The position numbers were made by a program, and so were the translations under genes. Below, piece after piece: positions 17,700-26,654 of a stretch of DNA of 32,000 nt. This stretch comes from Mycolicibacterium smegmatis. Its GTDB lineage: Bacteria > Actinomycetota > Actinomycetes > Mycobacteriales > Mycobacteriaceae. The notes under the pieces are model-generated. The model was not told the DNA's origin, ran no database searches, and saw nothing but the letters and a program-made list of their open reading frames with translations. Within the stretch, counting starts at the first letter, position 1. Each line of letters opens with the position of its first letter. Location of the stretch: positions 4,200,001 through 4,232,000 of the forward strand of contig NZ_LN831039.1 of the NCBI RefSeq assembly GCF_001457595.1, in the 5' to 3' direction.

Positions 17700-18105
17700 T
17701 TGACGTCAGCCGATCACGTAAGGGTCGCCTCGGCGGCGATCGCACGAGAAGTTCTCACGACGGCCTACTACCGGAACCGCGATACCCGCCGTGTACTGCT
17801 TACTGATCTCCAGTGGTTCCAGGTGGACACCGGTCTCGTTTCATCCCGACGAGACAGCGGTCACCACATGTGTTTACGTTCCCTGGGCATGTGTTGTGCG
17901 GCAGTGACTGGCCCTTCGCCGCGCCGTATGTCTGCGCTTACGGCGACAGTCACCACTGCAGTTTCTCGAATTGCCAAAGCATGGGTCTGAGCGGCGGCGC
18001 CCGGAGATGCCCCGCAGCGACGAGGACTTCACGATCCGACAGCGCCTTGCACGATGGTCACTGCGTCCGGATGGGCAAAGGAGCGTGTATCCCCAGCGCA
18101 ACTGA
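17700..18105 (+). pseudogene. Decayed C-terminal remnant of an amidohydrolase-2 family gene (at least 2 frameshifts, no N-terminus)
   Basis: Three plus-strand frames together mimic the C-terminal third of the intact paralogue at 15255-16248. Frame 0 gives ...LLTDLQWFQVDTGL (cf. VWITPSG). Frame 2 gives FTFPGHVLCGSDWPF at 17900-17917 (cf. RIIYSEDYPY). Frame 1 gives QFLEL...SDEDFTIRQRLARWSL (cf. SEFLESAELSEDQRASIAHRNAQNLL), with TGA at 18103-18105. Confidence 0.45.
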
Positions 18106-18211
18106 GCACATCGGGCGGAACGCAGTCGCGAATCATCAATTAATACAGCTCAATTGGTGTCGATTTCAACATGGGGCGTGCGACCTTCCTGGGTGCTACG
18201 GAAGCGAGCCC

Positions 18212-19756
18212 CTATCTCTCTCGCGCGCCGAGGTGTCTCTCCCGAAGTTCGCGTTTGAGGACCTTGCCTGCACCGGAAAGTGGCAGTGCATTCACGAACT
18301 CGATACTGCGGGGACACTTGTAGCCGGCGATGAGTCGCTTGGCGTGTTCGCGGATTTGGCAAGCCGCGAGCTCGGCGCCGGGTTGCAACACGACGACCGC
18401 GTGCACCCGTTCTCCCCAGTCGGCATCCGGGACGCCGATCACCGCGCAGGCGGCGACCGAAGGGTGCTGGACGACGGCGTTCTCGACTTCGGCGGAGTAC
18501 ACGTTCTCTCCACCGGTGATGATCATGTCCTTGATCCGGTCGACCACATAGATGTAGCCGTCGTCGTCCATGTAGGCAGCGTCCCCCGTATGCATCCAGC
18601 CGTCGCGGATCGCGGCGGCTGTCTCCTGGGGCTTGTTCCAGTAGCCGAGCATCACGTTGCCGCCCCGCACCGCGACCTCCCCGACGGTTCGCCGCGGGAC
18701 CTCGTTTCCGTCAGGATCTACGATGCGCACTTCTGCGGAGGGAGCCGCCCGCCCGGCAGAGCGCAGCAGTCGCGGCTTCTGATGGTCGTCCGGGCTGAGC
18801 AATGTGGCCAGGGGTGACAGTTCCGTCATGCCGTACCCCTGAACGAACTCAGCGTTCGGAAAGACCTTCATAGCGCGCTCCAGCAACGCCTGCGGAATTG
18901 CTGAAGCGGCGTAGAACAACGCGCGAAAGCTAGTCAGGTCATATCTATTGATGTCCGGATGGTCGATCAGCTTCTGGATCATCGTCGGCACCAGCAATGC
19001 ATCGGTCACTTGGTGCTGCGCGATGGCCTGCATCACCGTGACCGGTTCGAACGACGGGATGAAAACGTGACGGCCCCCTTGGAGCAGTCCCGCGCTCCAG
19101 GACATGAGGTCGGCGAGGTGAAACATCGGCGCCGCGTGGAGGCAGATGCCGCCGGGCCTGAAGGCGAAACCAGGAGTGAGAAGGCCGTAGGTCGAGGTGA
19201 GCAGGTTGGCGTGGGACAGCATGACGCCCTTCGGAAATCCGGTGGTGCCTCCCGTGTAGAACAACCCCGCCAGTTCGTCTCCGCCCCGCCGAGCGTCGTC
19301 GACCGGGTCACTTTTGTCGATCAGTTCTTCGTACGCCAAGGTGCCTGCAGGAGGCGACGCCTCGCCCGCATAGATCACAGTACTCAGCTCGGCCCACGCG
19401 TCCTTGATCGCCGGCAGCATGCGCGCGAAGGAGTCGTCGACGAACATTACCTTTGTGCCGGAGTCCTCCAGCGAGTACGCGATTTCAGCTGGGGTCCAAC
19501 GGATGTTCACCGGGTTCAACACACCGTTCGCCCACGGCACCGCGAGCAGGTATTCGTGGTATCGGTCCGAGTTCTGCGCGAGCATGGCCACCCGGTCGCC
19601 GGCGCGCACACCGAGCGCGCGAAGCGCGCCCGCCAACCTCGCCACGCGATCGGCCACTTCGAGGAAGGTGCGCCTTCTTTCGCCGAAGACTGTCATCGTC
19701 GCGCCAGGCGTCTGCTGCACCGCCCGGTGCAATCCCTGCGTCAGGTACATCGTCAT
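18212..19756 (-). CDS. Acyl-CoA synthetase / AMP-dependent ligase (FadD-like)
   Basis: LFYTGGTTGFPKGVMLSH (AMP-binding motif), GYGMTE, GWMHTGDAAYMDDDGYIYVVDRIKDMII and GKVLKRELR. The start is ATG 19756 or ATG 19750. Confidence 0.92.
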   Translation of the reverse strand: MTMYLTQGLHRAVQQTPGATMTVFGERRRTFLEVADRVARLAGALRALGVRAGDRVAMLAQNSDRYHEYLLAVPWANGVLNPVNIRWTPAEIAYSLEDSGTKVMFVDDSFARMLPAIKDAWAELSTVIYAGEASPPAGTLAYEELIDKSDPVDDARRGGDELAGLFYTGGTTGFPKGVMLSHANLLTSTYGLLTPGFAFRPGGICLHAAPMFHLADLMSWSAGLLQGGRHVFIPSFEPVTVMQAIAQHQVTDALLVPTMIQKLIDHPDINRYDLTSFRALFYAASAIPQALLERAMKVFPNAEFVQGYGMTELSPLATLLSPDDHQKPRLLRSAGRAAPSAEVRIVDPDGNEVPRRTVGEVAVRGGNVMLGYWNKPQETAAAIRDGWMHTGDAAYMDDDGYIYVVDRIKDMIITGGENVYSAEVENAVVQHPSVAACAVIGVPDADWGERVHAVVVLQPGAELAACQIREHAKRLIAGYKCPRSIEFVNALPLSGAGKVLKRELRERHLGARER

Positions 19757-19856
19757 GCCCTCATCTGTCGGAATTGGTTTTCGATACTGCTGGGCGGCAG
19801 AAGCACCGAACGGCGTGGGCTGAATGGGACGACGCCACTCAGGAGAGGCCCCGACG

Positions 19857-21242
19857 TCAGATCGCCATGGGCCTTCCGGAAGGCTTGACCGCCAGCCTCT
19901 TCAGTCCGTCCTCGATCTCGTCGCCGAACGTGCTCCGCATGATCCTTCCGAGTTCCGGATGCATGATCTTGTTGCCCTCGCTGATGTTCTGCTCGGCACG
20001 CGCGGCTCCGTCGCCCAGCACGTTCTCCAGCCAGGACATCGTCACGGCGGCGCCCTGCGAGATGCCACCCATCTGGCAGTGCGTCGAGCCGCCCTCTTCG
20101 TTGGTGAAGACGTAGGTTTCGCAGTAGCTTGGGGTGTCCGCGAAGAAGTCGAGCATTCGATTGGCCCACTTTCCGATACTGCTGCCGTGCTCGAACTTGG
20201 CCAACTCCGACTCGCCGAAGATACTCAGGAATGGCCGGTCGAACCGTTCGACGTGATCGAACAGCGTGTAGTCCCGCCAGATATCGAGGAAGCCGGACGG
20301 TCGGTCGAACCCGAGTGCCCACTGTCCATGGTCGAAGGTCCACGCAGCCCCGGGGTTGGTTTCACTTGCCTCGGCGAACGCTGCGTCGAATGCGTCACCG
20401 CGCAGCCCGGCCAGTGAGGGCGGCCAGAGGCCGGTCCAGGGCTCAAGGACGGACGGCAGGAAGGAATTCGCGATGCACGCCTTGATGCGGCTGTCGAACG
20501 CGAACGCGCGTGGGGCAAGGTAACCACCGAGGGAAAAACCCACGAGCGCGACTCGCTCCGGGTCGACCTCCGAGAATGAACAGGCAAAGTCCACAGCGGC
20601 CGAGACCGGCCTTTCGTAGTCCGGATACATCGTGAGTCCTGGGTTGTCGTACAACGCCCCCCACTGTCCTGGTCCCTCGAAGACCAGGCAGTTCCAACCG
20701 TGGTTCTGTGCCTCCAACCCGATCCAAGCCACGACCTCCTCGGCGGTGGAGTCGAACCCACCGATGGCGATCAGGGTCGGCCGGTTCTCGGCTCCCGCGG
20801 AGAAGAAGTAGCCAGGCAACACCGCATCTCCGAACGGGATGCCCACGGTGCGCACCGGTGCAGACCGGAGTTCCATCGCGCGACGGAAACAATCCCGACT
20901 GATCCGCCAGTATTCCTCGCGCCGGGGATCGGATTCCACGGCATAGAAGATCGAGGAACGGTAGAAGTTGCTGGCCCGCATGAACGCTCGTGAAGCGCTG
21001 GCAGCGATCCCGTTTTCGGCATATGCGACCGCGCGCTCGTGGATCCGTTTGGCGGCGTCGCTGAAATTGGTCAGCCAGCTCTCGATGTCGCCATCCTTGA
21101 TCCGGTAAGCGACGCCGAGGGTTTCGCCCATCTCGGCCACCGGTGAACTGATCGTCCTGAAGAACTCGTAGTTGAACCCACCTATGCGGTCATCCCTGAA
21201 ATCGATCTCCACCCGCTGTCCTTTCTGTTGATGACCCTGCAC
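19857..21242 (-). CDS. Alpha/beta-fold hydrolase
   Basis: Nucleophile elbow VALVGFSLGGYLA, preceded by PTLIAIGGFDSTAEE. The overall pattern resembles FrsA/2,6-dihydroxypseudooxynicotine-hydrolase-type enzymes. GTG 21212 after AAAGGA is an alternative start. Confidence 0.82.
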   Translation of the reverse strand: MQGHQQKGQRVEIDFRDDRIGGFNYEFFRTISSPVAEMGETLGVAYRIKDGDIESWLTNFSDAAKRIHERAVAYAENGIAASASRAFMRASNFYRSSIFYAVESDPRREEYWRISRDCFRRAMELRSAPVRTVGIPFGDAVLPGYFFSAGAENRPTLIAIGGFDSTAEEVVAWIGLEAQNHGWNCLVFEGPGQWGALYDNPGLTMYPDYERPVSAAVDFACSFSEVDPERVALVGFSLGGYLAPRAFAFDSRIKACIANSFLPSVLEPWTGLWPPSLAGLRGDAFDAAFAEASETNPGAAWTFDHGQWALGFDRPSGFLDIWRDYTLFDHVERFDRPFLSIFGESELAKFEHGSSIGKWANRMLDFFADTPSYCETYVFTNEEGGSTHCQMGGISQGAAVTMSWLENVLGDGAARAEQNISEGNKIMHPELGRIMRSTFGDEIEDGLKRLAVKPSGRPMAI

Positions 21243-21555
21243 CCAGTCGCGAGCCGAAATCGAACCCGAACAGGTTCACCGCTCGTCCGAAGTCGTACTT
21301 GGATGAGGTTGACCTTCGCCTGCGAATCACAAAGCTCCAGTTCGCTGATCGGATAGTCGGAACGAGGACGCCGTATCTGGCGCCGATGCCAGGCCGACGA
21401 TCGGTTATCCCGTCATCGGCTGAAGGCCGAGAACGCCAGCGTATTGAGCGCTTCAGAACAACCGCTGCGGTCGACGGCCGAGGACTGGTTGTCGGAGCGT
21501 CGCAATGGTGCGAACAGGCCGGGGTCTCACCATGATCTCCAGACCAACGACTTCG

Positions 21556-22545
21556 TTATCGGTCGTGCGAATGTGTGACGACTATCTTGCCGATGTGCTG
21601 CCCTTTCTCAAGGTAGCGGTGTGCCTCGGCGATATCGGCGAAGGAGAAAACTCGATCCACTGTTGGCTGTAACGCGCCGCTGCGGAGTCCTGCGCGTAGG
21701 AATGCGGCAATCCGTTGAACGGCGGCTGGGTCGAGTGTGTGCTCGAAGCTCGCGTACGGGTATATCGTCAGCTGGCCCATGGGAAAAGACGCCGGACGGG
21801 GATCCAGCCAACCCACCGTGACCAGTGTTCCTCCGGCTTTCGCCGCACCTGCCAGCTGAGCAAGCCCTGGGCCCATGACCGAGTCGACGATGACGTCCAC
21901 GCCCAGACCGCCGGTATAGCTCTTGGCAGCTGATGCCACATCTTCAACATCGGACGTGAATACCGCGGCCGCACCGGCGTTCAGGAGCGCGGACTTCTTA
22001 TCGGGGCTGCGAGTGACTGCCAATGGTATGGCACCGATCTGGTTGGCGACCTGGATAGCCGCCAGGCCCACCCCACTCGAGGCAGCCGTGATCAGTACGT
22101 GATCACCGGGCCGTATCCGAGCTTTCTCGATGAGCGCCCCGTACGCGGTGGAGTAAGACACCCAGAGAGCAGCAGCGCCCACGAGGTCGACGCCGTCGGG
22201 CCACCCGATCACCCGCTGGGCCGGCACGGTCACGTATTCGGCGTACGTACCGCGGATATCAGCGTCAGGCACCGCAGTGATGATCACCCTGTCCCCGACC
22301 GACAGACCCTCAACAGCCGAACCGACCGCGTGCACGAATCCGGCCCCCTCGACGCCGAGGCGGGCATGCGGTAGCCGGATCGGCGCAGGGTACTGCCCTG
22401 CGCGCATCATCTGATCGAGACGATTGATCCCGAATGCCTCGATTCTCACTACTATCTCGGCAGCACCGGGCCGACCGACCGGCTCGTCGATGATCCGCAG
22501 AACATCGGCCTCACCGAACTCGTCGTACACGACGACTTGCGCCAT
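21556..22545 (-). CDS. Medium-chain (zinc-type/quinone oxidoreductase-like) dehydrogenase/reductase
   Basis: MAQVVVYDEFGEADVLRIIDEPVGRPGAAEIVVRIEAFGINRLD and ITAASSGVGLAAIQVA. AAGGAG lies 6 nt before ATG 22545, so the track start at 22626 is rejected. Confidence 0.88.
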   Translation of the reverse strand: MAQVVVYDEFGEADVLRIIDEPVGRPGAAEIVVRIEAFGINRLDQMMRAGQYPAPIRLPHARLGVEGAGFVHAVGSAVEGLSVGDRVIITAVPDADIRGTYAEYVTVPAQRVIGWPDGVDLVGAAALWVSYSTAYGALIEKARIRPGDHVLITAASSGVGLAAIQVANQIGAIPLAVTRSPDKKSALLNAGAAAVFTSDVEDVASAAKSYTGGLGVDVIVDSVMGPGLAQLAGAAKAGGTLVTVGWLDPRPASFPMGQLTIYPYASFEHTLDPAAVQRIAAFLRAGLRSGALQPTVDRVFSFADIAEAHRYLEKGQHIGKIVVTHSHDR

Positions 22546-22606
22546 GGATGGCTCCTTCATCATGGTGTGATCGAGCCACTCAGACGACATCGGTGGCTGC
22601 CCTCTA

Positions 22607-22628
22607 TTCTTTACACATATGTTCAAGG
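22607..22628. promoter_or_regulatory. Imperfect palindrome (core ACATATGT) in the tetR/MDR divergent intergenic region
   Basis: TCTTTACACATATGTTCAAGGA has 16 of 22 self-complementary positions, with a perfect 8-bp core at 22615-22622. It lies between the divergent starts at 22545 and 22660, making it a candidate TetR operator. Confidence 0.3.
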
Positions 22629-22659
22629 ATTACAACCGCGACACCCAGGGAGGTGGGCA

Positions 22660-23217
22660 ATGGCCGGACGGCCGGTGGACCATCAGCGACGCGCCGAGTT
22701 GCTCGACGCCATAGTTGATTACGCGGCAGAGCATGGGTTTTCCGAGTTGACATGGCGTCCCGTGGCCGCAGCACTGGGGGTCACATCAAACACACTCGTA
22801 CATCACTTCGGCACCAAGGAGCAGATGTTTCAGGCGGTCCTCGAACGCCTGCGGGTGCGCCTGCTCATCACCACCGACGAGTTGCTCGGCAGTCGCGGCG
22901 ATCTGGCCTCAGCGGCACGACTGGCGTGGGATCTATCGTTTGCCCCCAAGCGGGGGCAGGAACTTCGACTGTTCTTCGCGGTTTACGGGCGAGCCTTGCA
23001 AGCCCCCGAGCAGTTCACGGATTTCCTCCAGCGAGTGGTGGCTGACTGGATGAGCTTACTGTGCAAAGCTCAAGGCCCCGACGTCGAGCCGGCAGCCGCA
23101 CGACAGCGAGCGACTCTCGTGATCGCGACGATTCGAGGGCTCTTGCTTGACCTGCTTGCCACCGACGACCAAGACCGGGTTCGAGATGCAGCCGAGGCGT
23201 TTCTCACCAGCTTGTGA
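22660..23217 (+). CDS. TetR-family transcriptional regulator
   Basis: MAGRPVDHQRRAELLDAIVDYAAEHGFSELTWRPVAAALGVTSNTLVHHFGTKEQMFQAVL (TetR HTH), with GGGAGG upstream of ATG 22660. Divergent from the MDR gene. Confidence 0.88.
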   Translation: MAGRPVDHQRRAELLDAIVDYAAEHGFSELTWRPVAAALGVTSNTLVHHFGTKEQMFQAVLERLRVRLLITTDELLGSRGDLASAARLAWDLSFAPKRGQELRLFFAVYGRALQAPEQFTDFLQRVVADWMSLLCKAQGPDVEPAAARQRATLVIATIRGLLLDLLATDDQDRVRDAAEAFLTSL

Positions 23218-23423
23218 GCATGGACCCGATCGCCGCAAGGCCGACGGTCCAGCAATAGGCGACGAGGAACAGGGGCCTCAGATGTGGGTCAGCAGTGTAG
23301 GTTCCCAGTTTCGATGTCATACTGCCGTCGACTGACCTGCGCTGTTCCTCAGAATCCCAGCAAGTGTCATACAAGATCAATCCCAATCTCGTGTCATATC
23401 GGAGATTCTGATAACGCTCCTGG

Positions 23424-24302
23424 TCAATTGACCAGAGGTGTCAGTTCTTTGCCGACGAAGGTGACGAACGCCTCGATGTCTGCGTCGACGGGTGGCTGCA
23501 ACACGAGGGTGTCTGCACCCGCGGCGGTCCAGCTTCTCAGACCGTTGGCGATTTCCTCTGCGGTGCCTTGCACACTCACATCACCCGCTTCGTCGAGGTT
23601 CCACCGCTGATACTCGGCGGCCATCTGCGACGCCGCGTTCGGCCCCGTTGCGCACAGCAGATAGGTCACGATGGACGATGGACCCCTACCGCGCAGTGCG
23701 TTTCCTTCGCGCACGTGTGCCACGGCCGCTCGTAGATCCGCAGGACTCGTTCCTTGGGTGATGACTGTGCCTGTTCCCAGTTCGCCGCTGAGACGCAGCG
23801 TCTTCGGGCCTACCGCTGCGACCAGTAGTTCGGTGTCCGTGGTCGGCGGCCAATCCAGGGCAACATCCCGCAGCTGAACATATCGACCGTCGAACGTGAC
23901 GGTTTCACCACGCAGCAGGGCGCCGATGCAGGTCAGGTGTTCGCGTAGCAGGGTCATCGGAGAGGCAACTCGTGCGCCGATCTGTGCCATCCAATCCTGG
24001 ACTCCGTGCCCAAGGCCAACTCGGACGCGCCCCGGAAATGCACGCGTCAGCGTCGCAATCTCCATTGCCATCAACGCGGGATTGCGCATCGGCACAGGGG
24101 CCACACCGATCCCGACGGTCAAGCGCCTACTGTTGGAAAGTGCAATAGCAGCTGCCGAGATTCCGCCGGCGAGAAAGCAGTCTTCCCAGACCCAGAGCTC
24201 GTTCAATCCGGCGTCATCAGCGATTCGCGCGGTCGTGGCCAAGCGCTCGGGTGGGTTCTGCGGGAGATATACGCACCCAAGGAGCGGTGCCTGATCGGTC
24301 AT
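23424..24302 (-). CDS. Luciferase-like monooxygenase (LLM) family oxidoreductase, probably F420-dependent class
   Basis: MTDQAPLLGCVYLPQNPPERLATTARIADDAGLNELWVWEDCF...GIGVAPVPMRNPALMAMEIATLTRAFPGRVRVGLGHG. ATG 24302 is preferred. The cofactor cannot be decided from the sequence alone. Confidence 0.85.
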   Translation of the reverse strand: MTDQAPLLGCVYLPQNPPERLATTARIADDAGLNELWVWEDCFLAGGISAAAIALSNSRRLTVGIGVAPVPMRNPALMAMEIATLTRAFPGRVRVGLGHGVQDWMAQIGARVASPMTLLREHLTCIGALLRGETVTFDGRYVQLRDVALDWPPTTDTELLVAAVGPKTLRLSGELGTGTVITQGTSPADLRAAVAHVREGNALRGRGPSSIVTYLLCATGPNAASQMAAEYQRWNLDEAGDVSVQGTAEEIANGLRSWTAAGADTLVLQPPVDADIEAFVTFVGKELTPLVN

Positions 24303-24477
24303 CGATGTCCCTTCGTCGAAAATGCAGGGCATAACGCGTCCTGGTCGCGCGCTTGAGCGCCGCCCCTGAGCCTGTCACGGCGGGTGCCACTCCGCCCATA
24401 CGCATCTCATGCCGCGTTCAACTCAATTCCTGCACAGGGTGCGCAAACGGGAACGCCTCCTCTTGCGCCGCCCGTGG

Positions 24478-24489
24478 TGATACGTATCA
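24478..24489. promoter_or_regulatory. Candidate LacI-family operator, perfect palindrome TGATACGTATCA
   Basis: TG-N8-CA with a central CG, the classical LacI/GalR operator layout. It lies in the divergent LLM/SDR intergenic region. A second, imperfect copy (TGATACGATTCA, 24535-24546) shares the 12-nt left context CGTGGTGATACG. Confidence 0.45.
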
Positions 24490-24515
24490 TCGCAGCTACT
24501 GAGCACGGCAGCAGG

Positions 24516-24543
24516 TTGACGAACCGCTGCGTGGTGATACGAT
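24516..24543 (+). promoter_or_regulatory. Candidate promoter for the SDR-lacI unit
   Basis: TTGACG (24516-24521), a 16-nt spacer, then TACGAT (24538-24543). The -10 element overlaps the second operator-like site. Confidence 0.3.
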
Positions 24544-24642
24544 TCACACGCTCTCATCCGAGCCACATCAACGCCATTTGCCTTGGAACACAAGCATATC
24601 CGGGCATTCATTTCAGCAAGGACATCAGATCGGAGTTGTGTC

Positions 24643-25476
24643 ATGGGAAAACTCGATGGCAAGGTCGCATTCATCACCGGGGTCGCACGCGGGCAGGGCC
24701 GTTCGCATGCGGTGACGTTCGCCCGCGAAGGGGCCAACATCATCGGCCTCGATCTCTGTGGAAAGCCTTCGACGACGGCGTACGACGGGACCACCGACGA
24801 AGACCTCCAGGAGACAGTCCGCCTCGTCCATGAGGTCGGCGGTCAGATCTTTGTAGACATCGCCGATACCCGCGACTACGAACAGGTGAAGTCCGTCTTC
24901 GACCGTGGCCTCGAGCAGTTCGGTCGCGTCGACATCGTGATCCCGAACGCCGGAATCTGTTCAGGGGCCAAGACCTGGGAGATCACGCCTGAGGACTGGG
25001 CGGAGATGGTGGACATCAACCTCAATGGCGTCTTCCATACAGTCAAGGCAGCGGTCCCGACACTCATCGAGCAGGGCAATGGTGGCAGCATCGTGTTCAT
25101 CGGCTCCACCGAGGCCCTCAAGGGCGCCGAGAACATCTCGTCCTACGCCGCATCCAAGCACGGTGTCACGGGCCTGATGACCTCGCTGGCGCGCGAACTC
25201 GGCCGCTACAACATCCGTGTCAACTCGATCAACCCCACGTGCGTCGACACGCACATGATCAACAACGACTTCGTCTACGGCCTGTTTCGTCCGGATATGG
25301 ACAAGCCGACCCGCGAGGACGTCATCGACACCTTCAGCAACACCCACCTCCTGCCGGTGCCGTGGATCGAACCCGAGGACGTCAGCGAAGCGATCCTCTA
25401 TCTGGTCGCCGACACCGGTCGCTATGTCACCGCATCCACGATGGTGATCGACGCCGGCTTCATCGTGAAGTCTTGA
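24643..25476 (+). CDS. Mycofactocin-coupled-type SDR oxidoreductase (LimC/carveol dehydrogenase-like)
   Basis: MGKLDGKVAFITGVARGQGRSHAVTFAREGANIIGLDLCGKPSTTAYDGTTDEDLQETVRLV...RVDIVIPNAGI...SYAASKHG. The ARGQGRSHA motif and the insertion after beta-2 are hallmarks of this SDR subfamily as I recall it. Confidence 0.85.
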   Translation: MGKLDGKVAFITGVARGQGRSHAVTFAREGANIIGLDLCGKPSTTAYDGTTDEDLQETVRLVHEVGGQIFVDIADTRDYEQVKSVFDRGLEQFGRVDIVIPNAGICSGAKTWEITPEDWAEMVDINLNGVFHTVKAAVPTLIEQGNGGSIVFIGSTEALKGAENISSYAASKHGVTGLMTSLARELGRYNIRVNSINPTCVDTHMINNDFVYGLFRPDMDKPTREDVIDTFSNTHLLPVPWIEPEDVSEAILYLVADTGRYVTASTMVIDAGFIVKS

Positions 25477-25501
25477 CCGACAGTCCCGATCTCTCCAGCT
25501 G

Positions 25502-25536
25502 AGCCCTCCCTCCGCCAGGCCGCGGATGGGAGGGCT
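25502..25536 (+). terminator. Hairpin between the SDR and lacI genes (possible attenuator or weak terminator)
   Basis: AGCCCTCCC (25502-25510) pairs with GGGAGGGCT (25528-25536) around a 17-nt loop, followed by TT only. Confidence 0.25.
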
Positions 25537-25585
25537 TTAGCCTGTGAGCCGTCATCCGCCTCGCGATGGAGAAGGAGCCCGCCGC

Positions 25586-26647
25586 ATGGTCACGATGAGG
25601 GATGTCGCCAAGGCCGCCGGCGTGTCACAGGCGGCGGTCTCATATGCCTACAGCGGCTCCCCGCGTGTCTCGGCTCAGGTGCGCGACAGGATACTCACCA
25701 TCGCCCATGACCTCGGGTACACCGGCCCGAACATCGCGGGTAGCAGCCTTCGTTCCGGCCGGATCGGAACCGTCGGCGTACTCGTCGCTGGCTCACTCGC
25801 ACTCGCCGTCGAGGATCCGTCCACGATGCTGCTCCTGAAGGGCATCGTCGAAGTCGGCGAGCTTGCCGATGTCGCGCTCACCCTGCTACCCGTCGACGCC
25901 TCTGGCCTGAGCGACGGAACGCACCCGATCAAGCCGGCGGCACTAAGGGGCCTAGTTGATGGGGTTGTGCTGCACTGCCTGCCGAATGACCATCCCGCCG
26001 TAGCGGCCGTGGTGGCCCGGCGTACGCCCGCGGTGGCGATTGACTCCCCTCGTCTACCTCACATGCCGTACGTGACGATCGATCACCGGTCCGGTGGCAT
26101 TAAACAGATGAAACATGTTCTGTCACTCGGGCATCGGCGCATCGGAGTGATCACCGACCGTATCGGTACAGTGAGTCCGCCCGGGTTGCACGACTGCTTC
26201 GACGCGTCCGCAGCGACCGAGGCGTACCTGCATGATCGGCTGACCGGATATGTGGAGGCATGCCACAGGGCGAACGTCGCCGCTGATGACCTCATGGTGA
26301 TCGAAGCAGCGGGTATCGATATGTCCAGCGGCGTCGAGGCGGCAGGGCAACTGCTCGACGTCGGACCCACGGCGATCGTCGCCACCTCCGACGTGCACGC
26401 CGTCGCGGCGATCAAGGAGGCCACCCGCAGGGGTCTTCAGGTACCGGGCGATGTGTCCGTGATCGGTTTCGACGACGCCCCGCTGGCCGAGCTCGTAGGT
26501 CTCACCACGATCCACCAACCACTCGTCGACAAGGGACGCACCGCGGCCGCGATGCTGCTGGACGTGATCGCCGGAAAGCCGAGGCGCCGATCGGTGAAGA
26601 AGACAGAACTCAAGGTGCGCGGCACCACCGGACCGCCGCCGGATTGA
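25586..26647 (+). CDS. LacI-family transcriptional regulator
   Basis: MVTMRDVAKAAGVSQAAVSYAYSGSPRVSAQVRDRILTIAHDLGYTGPN (LacI HTH) plus a periplasmic-binding-protein-like core. GGAGAAGGAG lies upstream of ATG 25586. Confidence 0.9.
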   Translation: MVTMRDVAKAAGVSQAAVSYAYSGSPRVSAQVRDRILTIAHDLGYTGPNIAGSSLRSGRIGTVGVLVAGSLALAVEDPSTMLLLKGIVEVGELADVALTLLPVDASGLSDGTHPIKPAALRGLVDGVVLHCLPNDHPAVAAVVARRTPAVAIDSPRLPHMPYVTIDHRSGGIKQMKHVLSLGHRRIGVITDRIGTVSPPGLHDCFDASAATEAYLHDRLTGYVEACHRANVAADDLMVIEAAGIDMSSGVEAAGQLLDVGPTAIVATSDVHAVAAIKEATRRGLQVPGDVSVIGFDDAPLAELVGLTTIHQPLVDKGRTAAAMLLDVIAGKPRRRSVKKTELKVRGTTGPPPD

Positions 26648-26654
26648 CGAGAAA

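Noticed and set aside
22546-22626. N-terminal extensions of track ORFs (22546-22626, 22537-22659, 7737-8045, 16249-16325, 17606-17662, 24303-24332, 24583-24642, 25544-25585, 28333-28443).
   Set aside because: In each case an internal ATG or GTG preceded by a Shine-Dalgarno-like sequence begins exactly where family-typical N-terminal sequence starts. The extra residues are atypical or overlap neighbouring features.
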